A stretch of 64,000 bases of DNA, taken from positions 7,760 to 71,759 of IMG/VR virus record IMGVR_UViG_3300037067_005124. The stretch is one strand, 5' to 3'. Numbering within the stretch: position 1 is the first letter of the stretch; every line of letters begins with the position of its first letter. The notes beneath the pieces are model-generated. The model was not told the DNA's origin. It worked only from the letters and a program-made list of their open reading frames with translations, and did not search any database. Position numbers and translations under genes: made by a program. Positions 19,497 to 29,332 of this stretch are shown one piece after another. This DNA is from a virus (Duplodnaviria > Caudoviricetes).

Positions 19497-20176
19497 AACC
19501 TCCAAAGTTTCCAGGTAATCTATGATTCATTGCGTCTGTGTTACGCCTTAATTTCTTCCATGCAGGATTTAGTTTTCTTTCTTCCTCTTTGTCTTTATAA
19601 CCTATAATCGCATCCCATATAAATCTTTTTATCTGTTCTTTTGTCATGTTTTTAATATTCATCCTTATTCACTCCTCATCTGCCAAGGCTTTAATAAGTT
19701 TATCTGTTAACCTTTTAAATTCAACTTCCTTGCCAAACTTAAAAGATTTAACAGCAATAAATTTTTCATCCTTGGACAATTCTCTTTGCAATCTTGTACT
19801 AAAATAAACAAGTACATCAGTATCATTTTCCATTATCTTTCCCCTCCTTATATATACCTATTCCTCTTCTCCGCAATCCAGTGTAATTTCATCACACCAT
19901 GGTGACCACATTTCTCCTCAACTCCTTTCTATAAGGTGCTATAGCCTGATATTAGACTTTTTTTAGTTTTTTACGTCTTTCTTGGAACAAATTCCAACCC
20001 TCTGAGTATGTCCAATCATGGAACTCTTGCGACATTCTAACTAAATAAACATCGTTAACCCGAACTGAACTATTAGTTTTTGTTAGAATTTTATCAGCAA
20101 GTTTTAAGATTATTTTCTTAATCATCATATCTTTCACTCCTTCCTTTTCTGTTCCGCTATATAAGGTGGGAGAATG

Positions 20177-20503
20177 CTAAACTACAATTTCATACTGATG
20201 GAATATCGATGGTGAAATGTCGTAAATTTCATCGGGATTGTCACCGATAAAAGTATTTCTGTAGTCTGACCATTTTACATTAAAAGTGGCTTCATCACCA
20301 TCGGCAGTTTTACCGTAAATTTTGTCACCCTCATGTATCATGTCACCGTTTTTATCTGTGAAACTAGTTGACCTCCCCTTACTTTTTTCCCATTTTACAT
20401 TATCAAAATAACAGTGATTGCTACACTTAAATTCAATACCTTGCTGTGTTAATTTTCCTTCACAAAAAGGGCAGTTGTCACCGTTTTTAAATTCGTGTTT
20501 CAT
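20177..20503 (-). CDS. YopX-like protein with N-terminal Cys motif
   Basis: CPFC...CSNHC followed by FTDKNGDMIHEGDKI, similar to the YopX DKNG.EIYEGDI motif. Confidence 0.55.
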   Translation of the reverse strand: MKHEFKNGDNCPFCEGKLTQQGIEFKCSNHCYFDNVKWEKSKGRSTSFTDKNGDMIHEGDKIYGKTADGDEATFNVKWSDYRNTFIGDNPDEIYDISPSIFHQYEIVV

Positions 20504-20708
20504 TTCTTTTACCTCCTATATATTATTTTGTGTTGTTATCATCTTTAACATCGAATATCGTTCCTTTTAAACTGTAATCCGTATAGAATTTAAAAAACTC
20601 CTTGTAAGTTTTAAAAGAATATTTTTCGCTATCAAAAGCTGTATCTGGATAAGAAAACTTTGCAGTTATCATCTTAATTTTTACCTCCTATATATTTCCA
20701 TAACACGG

Positions 20709-20894
20709 CTAATCTTTTACCACTTTTCTCGAAACAACATCCGGTTTAATTCCGTCAAACATTTGTGCTTCAATGTCTTTTTGTTTCCAAGAAAGTAAAC
20801 CCAGTATCTCAAGTGGTGTAAATCCTTCGTTTTCACCATTTACCTTAAGTTCACCATTCTCGCTAAGTATAAATTCCAATCTGTAGTTTTTCAT
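20709..20894 (-). CDS. Hypothetical protein, first gene of a leftward small-ORF operon (to about 19495)
   Basis: ORF with an AAGGAG RBS; followed by several short ORFs, each with its own RBS. Confidence 0.55.
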   Translation of the reverse strand: MKNYRLEFILSENGELKVNGENEGFTPLEILGLLSWKQKDIEAQMFDGIKPDVVSRKVVKD

Positions 20895-21230
20895 ATAAAC
20901 GCTCCTTCATTATTTCTATATCGTATTTGTAAGATAACCAGCAAGGAGCGTTTTACACAGGAATATATCACACCTGAAACCTTGCCGATTCTTACTGTAA
21001 GGCAGACAATACGCTACCCTTTTACATATTGCCGATGGTGAGGGTTTACACTTTATTGCTACACCTTTCTTTTTGCCTTACACATTTGAGTAAAATCCGG
21101 AGTTCAGCCGGTACTGTTGCAGTCTTTCTCTGCTCGCATATTATAATTATATTCCTATTTTTATGAAAAGTCAACACAAATATGTTGCAAATTTAACGCA
21201 AGTATGATATTATATAGTAGAGGTGATACA

Positions 21231-21812
21231 ATGAAACAGCCTAGGAACGAAACAGAGACACATTTTATGCTCAAAGAGATAGCTAAGTATATACTTTGGG
21301 GATGGGGCTACAACAAGCTAGGCACGGAAGTTGGCGGAATGTATTCTTTTGACTTGCAGCAACCGGCGAAGGATTTTAAAAACATAATTGATGTTGTAGG
21401 AGTAAAGAAGATAAGCAAGCATATCCCCAAGGTTGGGTATGAATATTATTATGATGTAAAAGGCATTGAGGCAAAAGCAAGCTTATCTGATTTTAAAAAT
21501 GGATTTTGTTCGGCTCCGGCGTATACTTACATAATTGCACCGAAAGGAATTATACCTCAGGAATTAATACCAGACAAAGTAGGCTTTATTGAGGTTGATA
21601 TTGAAGCTTTTGAAATAAAAAAAGGCTCTAATAAAATTGAAAACATGAAAGGGGTGGACATAACAATCAGAGCCAAAAAGCGTATAGACAGAAGGTTTGA
21701 GGATGAAAAAAGTTATCGCAAATGGTGTGCTGAAACTTTAGAGCGCACTGCATACAGATGTTCACAGGAACTATTATTTTGGAGAAACGTAATTAAATTT
21801 AAAGGAGCATAA
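21231..21812 (+). CDS. MmcB-like PD-(D/E)XK nuclease-fold protein
   Basis: IDVVG...IEAKASLSDF...YIIAPKGIIPQELIPDKVGFI. Confidence 0.55.
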   Translation: MKQPRNETETHFMLKEIAKYILWGWGYNKLGTEVGGMYSFDLQQPAKDFKNIIDVVGVKKISKHIPKVGYEYYYDVKGIEAKASLSDFKNGFCSAPAYTYIIAPKGIIPQELIPDKVGFIEVDIEAFEIKKGSNKIENMKGVDITIRAKKRIDRRFEDEKSYRKWCAETLERTAYRCSQELLFWRNVIKFKGA

Positions 21813-22029
21813 ACAATGCCAAGAATAGACCCCACAGTAACAAAGGAAGTTGAAGCAATATACAAGGCATGGGACAAGGAAAAGGGAACCCATGTGAGCA
21901 TAGCCATTCTTGAATATGAAAAGAGGCGAAATGGCGGCTTAACCTTGACAGAAGCAGACAAAAAGTATATCCAAGACAGGATAACAGAGGCAGTACACGC
22001 TTGCTGGAGGCCGTGAAAGGAGTAATCAT

Positions 22030-22392
22030 ATGAAAGGACTAATTATAAAAGGTCATTGGCTTGATTTGATTCTTTCCGGTATGAAGCCGTGGGAGATAAG
22101 AGGAAGCAATACTTCTATCCGTGGCAGAATAGCCTTGATAAAATCCGGTACAGGGATGATATTCGGTACAGTTGAACTATTTGGCGTGAAAAACCTCACA
22201 CAATGGGACTTACTTGAATATCACGAAAAGCACAGGGTATATGATTTAGATGATATTCCATACAGACAGCCGAGAGCATGGGTATTGCAGAATCCTGTTA
22301 AGTTTGACAAGCCAATACCGTACAAACATAAGCAGGGTGCGGTTATTTGGGTTAATTTGCCGGATGATATTTTAGCCAATAAAAGGGAGTGA
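22030..22392 (+). CDS. ASCH-domain protein
   Basis: MKGLIIKGHWLDLILSGMKPWEIRG..T.IRGRIALI. Confidence 0.85.
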   Translation: MKGLIIKGHWLDLILSGMKPWEIRGSNTSIRGRIALIKSGTGMIFGTVELFGVKNLTQWDLLEYHEKHRVYDLDDIPYRQPRAWVLQNPVKFDKPIPYKHKQGAVIWVNLPDDILANKRE

Positions 22393-22398
22393 ACGAAA

Positions 22399-22551
22399 GT
22401 GACAAGGCGTATAGATGACATAGGAAGAATAGCGATACCAAAGGAATTCAGAAATGAACTCAACATTAAAGAAGGTGAGCTACTGGACATTGAGATTAAA
22501 GGAACTGATATTATTATTAGAAGATCAGTTGAAGCCAATAGGAAGGAGTAA
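22399..22551 (+). CDS. AbrB/SpoVT-family DNA-binding protein
   Basis: VTRRIDDIGRIAIPKEFRNELNIKEGELLDIEI (GTG start). Confidence 0.85.
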   Translation: MTRRIDDIGRIAIPKEFRNELNIKEGELLDIEIKGTDIIIRRSVEANRKE

Positions 22552-22557
22552 ATAAGT

Positions 22558-22986
22558 ATGATAAGCAAATTACCATGGAAAGTATTAGCAGGATGGCTTA
22601 TAGTCGATAAGGATGGCGGGAGCATTGCCAGCACAAGAGAAAATGATGCCGAATTCATCGTAGCTGCCTGCAACGCATACGAAACCAATCAAACCCAAAT
22701 AGAACAACTACAGGCTAAAATTTATCAGCCAGGTAATTGTTATATGTGCAAAATTTCCATGGAGAATGAAGAATGGGGATTAATACACGAAACAGACATG
22801 GAAGAAATAGAACAGCTAAAGGCACAGGTAGAGAAGTACAAAGGAACACTAACTGATATTGTAAGACAATATACAACTGACTTTACCGAATTTGAATTAG
22901 CACATGACTTTTTATGTCCGAGGGAAAGAGTTGTACTACAATACGCACGTGAAGCCTTAGAGGCTATAGAAAAGGCTCCTGAATAA
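22558..22986 (+). CDS. Hypothetical phage protein
   Basis: ORF with RBS; ENDAEFIVAACN motif common in phage accessory proteins. Confidence 0.5.
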   Translation: MISKLPWKVLAGWLIVDKDGGSIASTRENDAEFIVAACNAYETNQTQIEQLQAKIYQPGNCYMCKISMENEEWGLIHETDMEEIEQLKAQVEKYKGTLTDIVRQYTTDFTEFELAHDFLCPRERVVLQYAREALEAIEKAPE

Positions 22987-23092
22987 GGGGCTTTTATTTT
23001 GCTTTTTGTATAAAATCAGAAATAATGCACGATAATCAAAGGTAATGAATATTATATAGCGTTATATCACATAATATAACTGCGTATCGATA

Positions 23093-23121
23093 TTGCAATG
23101 TTTAACGATGGATGTTATAAT
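23093..23121 (+). promoter_or_regulatory. Sigma-A promoter for the NYN moron
   Basis: TTGCAA-17 nt-TATAAT with an extended -10 TG. Confidence 0.7.
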
Positions 23122-23198
23122 CCAGTTAAACTTAAACAATTTTTCAGGGGCATGATGCAAATTGCTAGTGCCCTTTAAACTTTTTATGGGGGTTTATT

Positions 23199-23801
23199 AT
23201 GGTACGCGTAATGGTATTCATAGATTATCTTAACTTCCAGTTATCAACAATTCGTTATTATTGCGATATTCTAGGAAAAACCAAAACACCTAATTTGGAT
23301 TTTATCACGCTTCCGAAAAAGTTAACAGAATTGATACCGAATAGCAGATTGGTAAAAACATATTTGTTTGCTCCAAAGCCAGATGAATTTTTAATGCAAG
23401 ACAAAGGCCTAAAGGCAACATATGATTGGATAAACGGCAAATTGAGAAACTTAAAATATTTTGAAGTTATAGAAGGCGAGTATGTATCGCGTCATGTTGA
23501 TTTAAGGATTCCCAAGGATATAAATAATCAAAGCACATATTACAAAATAGAAAAGGGCACTGATGTTAATATGTCAACGTGGATGCTGACAAAGGCCTTT
23601 CATAATGCTTACGATCTAGCCGTAATGGTAAGTGGTGATAGTGATTATTTACCGGTCATAAAACAAATAAATAATCTTGGTAAAAGTGTGTTTGCTGTAG
23701 GTGTAGAAGGTCAAAACATAAGCAAGCTTAAGCCATACGCTGACGACAATCTACTTTTGGATGAATGCTTTTTCAACACATGTTTATATAAAAAGCAATA
23801 A
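23199..23801 (+). CDS. NYN-domain (PIN-like) RNase
   Basis: VFIDYLN, EKGTDV, DLAVMVSGDSDYLP acidic motifs. Confidence 0.88.
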   Translation: MVRVMVFIDYLNFQLSTIRYYCDILGKTKTPNLDFITLPKKLTELIPNSRLVKTYLFAPKPDEFLMQDKGLKATYDWINGKLRNLKYFEVIEGEYVSRHVDLRIPKDINNQSTYYKIEKGTDVNMSTWMLTKAFHNAYDLAVMVSGDSDYLPVIKQINNLGKSVFAVGVEGQNISKLKPYADDNLLLDECFFNTCLYKKQ

Positions 23802-24066
23802 GCTTACACCCATTCGCGCCCCACATCAGGGGCTTTCTTTGTCTCTATTCCCTACCAGCATATACCTGTTAAATTTATATTACAAACTTTTTCATACAAT
23901 ATGAAGCAAACCGTCTATGTTAATTCCATGTAAACAAGCCTCATTTCGCGTATTAAAATTATGTAAACTTATGTCGTATTGTTAGTGCTTTATGCCTGTT
24001 GAAATAGGACTGGGACAAGGTGTATAATGGGAGGACAGTCTAATTTTCAGCAAAGGAGTTGATCTT

Positions 24067-24303
24067 ATGAGAAAAAATGCTATTATGCTTAAGTTTAGGT
24101 ATTTAGTAAAAAAACACGACATGTCTTTTAAAGCCATTTCACTCAAAACCGGCATCAATTCATTTTTAATTTTTAATATTGCGTTTAACCCTTTGTATAG
24201 GATTAAACTTTCACAAGGAATGGCGTTATCGCATCTATTTAGATGTAAGGTTAAAGATTTATTTGACATCCTGATTGACATACAACCTTGCAGTCATATT
24301 TGA
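24067..24303 (+). CDS. Small HTH (Xre/Cro-like) protein next to attP
   Basis: Short basic protein, MSFKAISLKTGI...LSHLFRCKVKDLF; own promoter (TATAAT near 24025). Confidence 0.55.
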   Translation: MRKNAIMLKFRYLVKKHDMSFKAISLKTGINSFLIFNIAFNPLYRIKLSQGMALSHLFRCKVKDLFDILIDIQPCSHI

Positions 24304-24361
24304 TTTTGTTACCATTCTGTAACGATATTCTGACATTACAAATTTGTCGCTTTAAAAAAAT

Positions 24362-24401
24362 ACTGGTAACACTGAATCTTGAAAAAATCAATGTTACCAG
24401 T
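24362..24401 (-). terminator. Hairpin downstream of the att core (replacement tRNA terminator)
   Basis: ACTGGTAACACTGA...TCAATGTTACCAGT imperfect inverted repeat. Confidence 0.55.
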
Positions 24402-24430
24402 TGGTGACCCATAGGGGACTCGAACCCCTG
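24402..24430 (-). other. attP core = 3' end of a tRNA (tRNA-Glu-like)
   Basis: Minus strand CAGGGGTTCGAGTCCCCTATGGGTCACCA = T-arm + acceptor 3' strand + CCA; no 5' half; just downstream of the integrase. Confidence 0.85.
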
Positions 24431-24459
24431 ATGTATGCTTGATATTACTGAATTACACG

Positions 24460-25554
24460 TCATTTGACATCCGAATTGACATCCGATTTTTTATTTTTGT
24501 TTACAACGGAATTCAAGGCGTTTGCTGGCCTGCTTTCCATGCTTGCTAAAACATGTTGATATTTTTTAGTCATGTTTGTATTTGCGTGGCCTAGCATTCG
24601 GGCTGCAATTTTATCCGGTACGTCTTTATTTAACATTACAGTAGCGGCAAAATGCCGGAGATCGTGAAATCTTGTTTTTGAAAGCTTACGCCGCTTTAGC
24701 AATTCAGAAAATCTTACTCTGAAATTCCCGCCGTGTTCCGGACCTCCGTTTTTATTCGGATAAACATACCCTATACCGCGATATTCTTTAAGTCTCTCTA
24801 TTACATATTCTGGAACTATAATTTTTCTGTATGAATTATTGGTTTTAGTATCTTTTTCTATTACAGTACTTCCAACAAATACGTTTGCACGTCTAATGTT
24901 TATGGTGTACTTTTCAAAATTAATATCGCTCCATTTTAAACCCATAATTTCTGACAACCTCATTCCGCACAAAGCCGCAAGTATAATAGGTATTTCCATT
25001 TGTGTATTTGTAACGATATCAAGCAGTAAATTGAATTGTTCTTCTGTATAAATATTAAACTGATATTTTTCCTTTGTAGATTTAACCTTTATACCTATAA
25101 CCGGATTTGATTTGAGCACCTTGTTAGCAATTGCGTATTTAAAAACCCCGTTTACGTCACCTATAAGATTTTTGCACGTCTTAACCGAATGGGTTTTAGA
25201 AAATGAATTCACCATTTCCTGGATGTGAATGGGAAGAATTTTAGATATTATAGCGTCTCCGATATATTTATCAGCGTAAACAAGTACGCTTTTCCTATAT
25301 CCCTCCTTAGTGGTGGGCGATAACCCTTCACAGTATGTTTCAAGCCATTTCTTTGCATACTCCCTGAATGTGGTTTTGGATGCATTTAGAAAGGAATAGT
25401 TTTCAATTTGTTCTATTAATTCATTTACTTTTCTACGACATTCAGGCCTAGTAGATGCATATACATACTTGCGTTGTCTTTTTTCTGTTATGTTGGGTAT
25501 GTCTACAACTCCCTGCCATCTGCCATCTTTACGCTTGGTAACAGAACCCTCCAT
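24460..25554 (-). CDS. int: Tyrosine integrase
   Basis: N-terminal arm-binding GSVTKRKDGRWQG; GMRLSEIMGL, RFHDLRHFAAT, LGHAN..MT..YQH catalytic motifs. Confidence 0.95.
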   Translation of the reverse strand: MEGSVTKRKDGRWQGVVDIPNITEKRQRKYVYASTRPECRRKVNELIEQIENYSFLNASKTTFREYAKKWLETYCEGLSPTTKEGYRKSVLVYADKYIGDAIISKILPIHIQEMVNSFSKTHSVKTCKNLIGDVNGVFKYAIANKVLKSNPVIGIKVKSTKEKYQFNIYTEEQFNLLLDIVTNTQMEIPIILAALCGMRLSEIMGLKWSDINFEKYTINIRRANVFVGSTVIEKDTKTNNSYRKIIVPEYVIERLKEYRGIGYVYPNKNGGPEHGGNFRVRFSELLKRRKLSKTRFHDLRHFAATVMLNKDVPDKIAARMLGHANTNMTKKYQHVLASMESRPANALNSVVNKNKKSDVNSDVK

Positions 25555-25557
25555 ATG

Positions 25558-25878
25558 CTATTTCTCCTTTTCATAAAGATACGTAATATATTTTAACGCC
25601 TCAGTCTTAGAATTATCAGAAAGCTTGGAATACAAATTCATTAAAGTTTCAACATTTGTATCGATATCGTTTCCACAAAGATATTCTACTGACACATTAA
25701 AATAAGTGGCTATTTTGTGTGCTATCACTAAATCAGGATCTCTGCTGCCCGTTTCATACCTTGATATGGTTGCGTTACTTGTACCAACTGCCTCCCCTAG
25801 TGCTCTGGTGCTTAAATTGTGGCTTTCTCTTAATTGTTTTAATCTCTTTGCAAAAATCTCTAAAGATATGTGTTTCAC
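25558..25878 (-). CDS. CI-like Xre repressor
   Basis: RLKQLRESHNLS...LGEAVG.S..TISRYETGSRDPD; divergent from the Cro-like gene. Confidence 0.88.
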   Translation of the reverse strand: MKHISLEIFAKRLKQLRESHNLSTRALGEAVGTSNATISRYETGSRDPDLVIAHKIATYFNVSVEYLCGNDIDTNVETLMNLYSKLSDNSKTEALKYITYLYEKEK

Positions 25879-25926
25879 TTTTTATACTCCTTTAACACTT
25901 AATTTATAAACCATCTTAATATATTT

Positions 25927-26283
25927 GTTACCAAATTGCAATCATTTATTCAAAAAAGATATAAAAATATTTCAAAATGGTATTGACTGTAAACTTTAAA
26001 AGATATATAATGATACCAATGTGTAACATACAAAGAGAGGAGGAAAACGCTAATGTTTGATTATAGCTTCAAGTATGCCAGTGATAATATCAAGCTTTTG
26101 TTGCAATTTAAGAAATGGACTCAAGATATTTTATGTAAGAAATCTGGCATTACGCAGGTCACTTTAAGACGTAGACTCAAGAACAATTCCGGCTGGTCAA
26201 TGATAGAGGCAACCAGTATAGCAAGAGCATTCAACGTTACTGTCAATGAGCTTTTTTTTACCCGAATGATGCCAAATGGTAAC
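25927..26283. promoter_or_regulatory. Putative 16-bp operators of the immunity switch
   Basis: GTTACCAAATTGCAAT (25927), GATACCAATGTGTAAC (26012), GATGCCAAATGGTAAC (26268); promoter TTGACT/TATAAT near 25983-26011. Confidence 0.6.
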
Positions 26284-26316
26284 GGTTCAGAATCAATAGA
26301 CACCAAACCGGCATAA
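26053..26316 (+). CDS. Cro-like HTH protein
   Basis: WTQDILCKKSGITQVTLRRRL...IARAFNVTVNELFF. Confidence 0.8.
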   Translation: MFDYSFKYASDNIKLLLQFKKWTQDILCKKSGITQVTLRRRLKNNSGWSMIEATSIARAFNVTVNELFFTRMMPNGNGSESIDTKPA

Positions 26317-26352
26317 TTCCATGTTCCAGATATAGAGAAAGGATAATGTTCA

Positions 26353-26649
26353 ATGAATATACCAAAATCAGTAAAGATACTAGGATTAATTTATAAGGTT
26401 GAAGAGGTCGAATGTATTGACGTTAAAGATGAAGATACTGCCGGACAGGCAGACCATAATAATCTGGTTATAAAATTAAAGTCAAGTCTGTCCAGCACTC
26501 AAAAAGAAAACACCTTAATACACGAGATAGTCCATTCAATACTTGAAAGTTTAGGAGATTACAAGCCTAGCGATGATGAAAAATTCGTGTATAGATTTTC
26601 GGGTGTGCTACATCAAGTATTGAAGGATAATCAATCACTTTTTACCTGA
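26353..26649 (+). CDS. ImmA/IrrE-like zinc metallopeptidase
   Basis: TLIHEIVHSILE (HExxH), next to the repressor. Confidence 0.75.
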   Translation: MNIPKSVKILGLIYKVEEVECIDVKDEDTAGQADHNNLVIKLKSSLSSTQKENTLIHEIVHSILESLGDYKPSDDEKFVYRFSGVLHQVLKDNQSLFT

Positions 26650-26844
26650 TTTCCTCTTTCTTGGTTTGACAGCAAGTATGCCGGCAGCGAATTCTTTTTC
26701 ATCCTTAGGAGTATTTTTCTTTCGTAGCTCTGTACCGGCATCGTGGATAACTTTTTTAGAGCTTTTTCTAACAGTCAATATTATCACCCCCTTTTATGGG
26801 ATATTATATCAAAATTTAATGAATTAAGGAAGGAGGAAACAACT

Positions 26845-27132
26845 ATGGCAAGAGAATTTTCCCCACCACTTGACAAAGGAATTGAACGTGAGGTTGAAAT
26901 TCTTGTTGAAGGTGGGATTGAAACTTATGAATCGTGCGAGGGTGGTACGGGGCATGCCTATCTGGAACCTACTGTACGATTCCACGGGGAAAGAAGCGAG
27001 GGCTTCAAAGCACTTGCAATAGCGTTGCAGAATGATTTAAAGCCCTCAGACCTTAGACGTATCTGGACCATTGAAGACGGAGAGCCGACCGGTCCAGATT
27101 GGGAAATGACATTTTACCACCCTAGTAAATGA
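26845..27132 (+). CDS. Hypothetical protein
   Basis: AAGGAGG RBS; GIETYESCEGG.GHAY.EPTVRF conserved-looking motif. Confidence 0.55.
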   Translation: MAREFSPPLDKGIEREVEILVEGGIETYESCEGGTGHAYLEPTVRFHGERSEGFKALAIALQNDLKPSDLRRIWTIEDGEPTGPDWEMTFYHPSK

Positions 27133-27294
27133 CTATTTCCCTTCTTTGGCTAATCTTGCGCATTCAAGACAATGCCTTTTGCCACCGATTCCCTGTTTCA
27201 AGTTTTCCTTTTCGATGTTGTTTCCGGTGTTGCAGTTGGAATTGTCATGATACACATCTTCCTTTACGGAATGCCAAGGCGATTTTTTAGGCAT
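27133..27294 (-). CDS. Small Cys/His protein (moron, opposite orientation)
   Basis: MPKKSPWHSVKEDVYHDNSNCNTGNNIE...CLECARL; own RBS and promoter. Confidence 0.55.
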   Translation of the reverse strand: MPKKSPWHSVKEDVYHDNSNCNTGNNIEKENLKQGIGGKRHCLECARLAKEGK

Positions 27295-27362
27295 ATTTTC
27301 ACCTCCCTTCGACAATATTTTACCACTACAGGGAGGAATAGACAAGAAAGGATAATGTTCAA

Positions 27363-28109
27363 ATGTCAAACGAATTAATTACCATTCAAAACGTCAGAGC
27401 TTTTATAGACAGCAGCGGAATAGCACAAATAAACCTTGAAGATGTTTCTAAAGGTCTTGGGTTTACTCAGACAAAACTTGACATTGACTATGTCAGGTGG
27501 GAACGTGTTTATGATTATCTTGAGTCTTTTGGGTTTTCCCCACAAGTGGGGAAGGAATGTTACGTTCCAGAAAACATATTCTATCGGCTTGCTATGAAAG
27601 CCAACAATGAAACAGCAATAGCATTTCAAGAGAAAATAGCCAATGAGATTCTTCCATCCATCCGCAAACATGGCATGTATGCCAAAGATGAATTACTCGA
27701 CAATCCTGATCTGATGATAGAAGTCCTGCAGGAACTTAAAAGGGAGCGTGAAGAAAAGAAACTGCTCCAGACCGAAAACAAGCTTCTGTCAGGTCAAACC
27801 CTTGCATGGGCAGACCGCAAAATCCTTGAAGCAATAGTCAAGGCTTATGGCGCATCAATTCACCTTTCTGACATAAACGGCTTTCAGGAGGCTTGGAAGG
27901 ACTTCAAAAAAGAGCTGCTTTACAACTACAGCATTAACTTGAATGCCAGAATTTCAAAGCAAATGGAAAACTCCACACGCAAAACCAAACCTAAAACAAT
28001 GGACATGATTCACGATGATGAATTGCCAAAGTGCATCAGTACAGCTGTAGCCTTGTGCAAGTCTCACAATGTGGACATATCGGAGATTATCAGTAAGTAC
28101 AAGAATTGA
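27363..28109 (+). CDS. Phage antirepressor
   Basis: YVRWERV..YL, YVPENIFYRLAMKANNETA..FQ.KIANEILPSIRKHGMY, LLDNPDL motifs. Confidence 0.8.
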   Translation: MSNELITIQNVRAFIDSSGIAQINLEDVSKGLGFTQTKLDIDYVRWERVYDYLESFGFSPQVGKECYVPENIFYRLAMKANNETAIAFQEKIANEILPSIRKHGMYAKDELLDNPDLMIEVLQELKREREEKKLLQTENKLLSGQTLAWADRKILEAIVKAYGASIHLSDINGFQEAWKDFKKELLYNYSINLNARISKQMENSTRKTKPKTMDMIHDDELPKCISTAVALCKSHNVDISEIISKYKN

Positions 28110-28122
28110 GGGAGGAATCACA

Positions 28123-28413
28123 GTGAAGTCACTAAAACCAGTCACTATGTACCAATGTCAGCACTGCAAGAAGCTTTTCAAAACACCCGACAAGCACAAT
28201 TGCCGGCGTGACCCAGACAAAACAAACTGCTATACCTGCGAACATTGGTTACATCAATTCTACATTGATTGGGGCGGCGGGGAAACAGAGCCAACATGTG
28301 ACCCGTCAGATGCTTGCAAAATGCACGAAACCAGTATAGTGGAAGAGGCACATGCAATAATGCGTGAAAGAGATTGGTGTCTCAATTGCCCGGACTACAA
28401 ACTAAAAGCCTAA
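28123..28413 (+). CDS. Cys-rich hypothetical protein
   Basis: Several CxxC motifs; GTG start with a GGAGG RBS. Confidence 0.5.
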   Translation: MKSLKPVTMYQCQHCKKLFKTPDKHNCRRDPDKTNCYTCEHWLHQFYIDWGGGETEPTCDPSDACKMHETSIVEEAHAIMRERDWCLNCPDYKLKA

Positions 28414-28858
28414 TCCCCCAACAATAAGTAAAGGAGAGGTCAAAATGAAATACTCAAATGGAATCTGGTCAGCAATAGTAAGACTATGGAAAAGGTTATT
28501 CGGCAGAGACTTAAAGGCTACTACGGAGAAGCCAAAGAAAGTAACAAACATTGAACCAGTCGGAAGCATCGGAGGTAAGGGGCATTATTTTGAAAGCCTT
28601 GGCAGCATAGAACACAGTTTCCTATGTCGCAGGAATCAGAGCAAACGCCGTAAGCTTGCAAGGCGCACAGTATGAAGCCCTGTTTCTGCAATGCCAAGTG
28701 TTCAGCCTGCCTGAAACGCTGTGATCTATACCAAAGATACAAGCACCTGCTACGGGAGGGAATGAGCAATTGGGAGCTGCGGACACGGTATCCATGGCTG
28801 TAGCGGTGTGGTAGGTGCGGGATATATAAATAATGCGGAATAAGAAAGGATTGATTTT

Positions 28859-29332
28859 ATGAAAATTTATATGGCTTCATCTTGGAAAAATGCAAACGAT
28901 GTTGAAGTAATAGCGCAAGTTTTAAGGGAACATTGTCACGAAGTTGATTGTTTCACAGATGAAAGCACTGGCAGATATGTATTCCACTATTCACAAATAG
29001 ATTCGTTTGAAAATCTCGATGCAATGAACTTCATGAAGGATGAAAGGTCACAAAAAGCCTTCAAAGAAGATAAAAAATGGATTGATTGGTCAGATGGGGT
29101 ATTGCTGTATCTGCCTGCCGGAAAGTCTGCACACCTTGAAGCAGGGTATGCGGTTGGTAAGGGAAAATTTCTCATAATCTTTCAACAAAAATTCCCCAAA
29201 GGTGAGTTTGATGTAATGTACGGTTTTGCTGATTTAATAACCGATGATTTTAAGACTGTTTTGAATTTCCTTCAAAGGAAGGACAGGGATATAAAAGCAG
29301 ATAAAATTTTCGATGCCTTGGCAATGGTTTAA
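28859..29332 (+). CDS. Nucleoside 2-deoxyribosyltransferase-like protein
   Basis: MKIYMASSWKN...DWSDGVLLYLPAGKSAHLEAGYAVGKGK. Confidence 0.7.
   Translation: MKIYMASSWKNANDVEVIAQVLREHCHEVDCFTDESTGRYVFHYSQIDSFENLDAMNFMKDERSQKAFKEDKKWIDWSDGVLLYLPAGKSAHLEAGYAVGKGKFLIIFQQKFPKGEFDVMYGFADLITDDFKTVLNFLQRKDRDIKADKIFDALAMV

Larger units (their letters stand above)
24263..24486. promoter_or_regulatory. Integrase arm-type sites flanking the attP core
   Basis: TTGACATCC(G/T)A repeats at 24263, 24275 (degenerate), 24464 and 24476, all in the same orientation, on both sides of the core. Confidence 0.7.

Noticed and set aside
24402-24430. Functional tRNA-Glu gene / prophage boundary
   Set aside because: Only the 3' part is present and phage genes continue on both sides; it is attP
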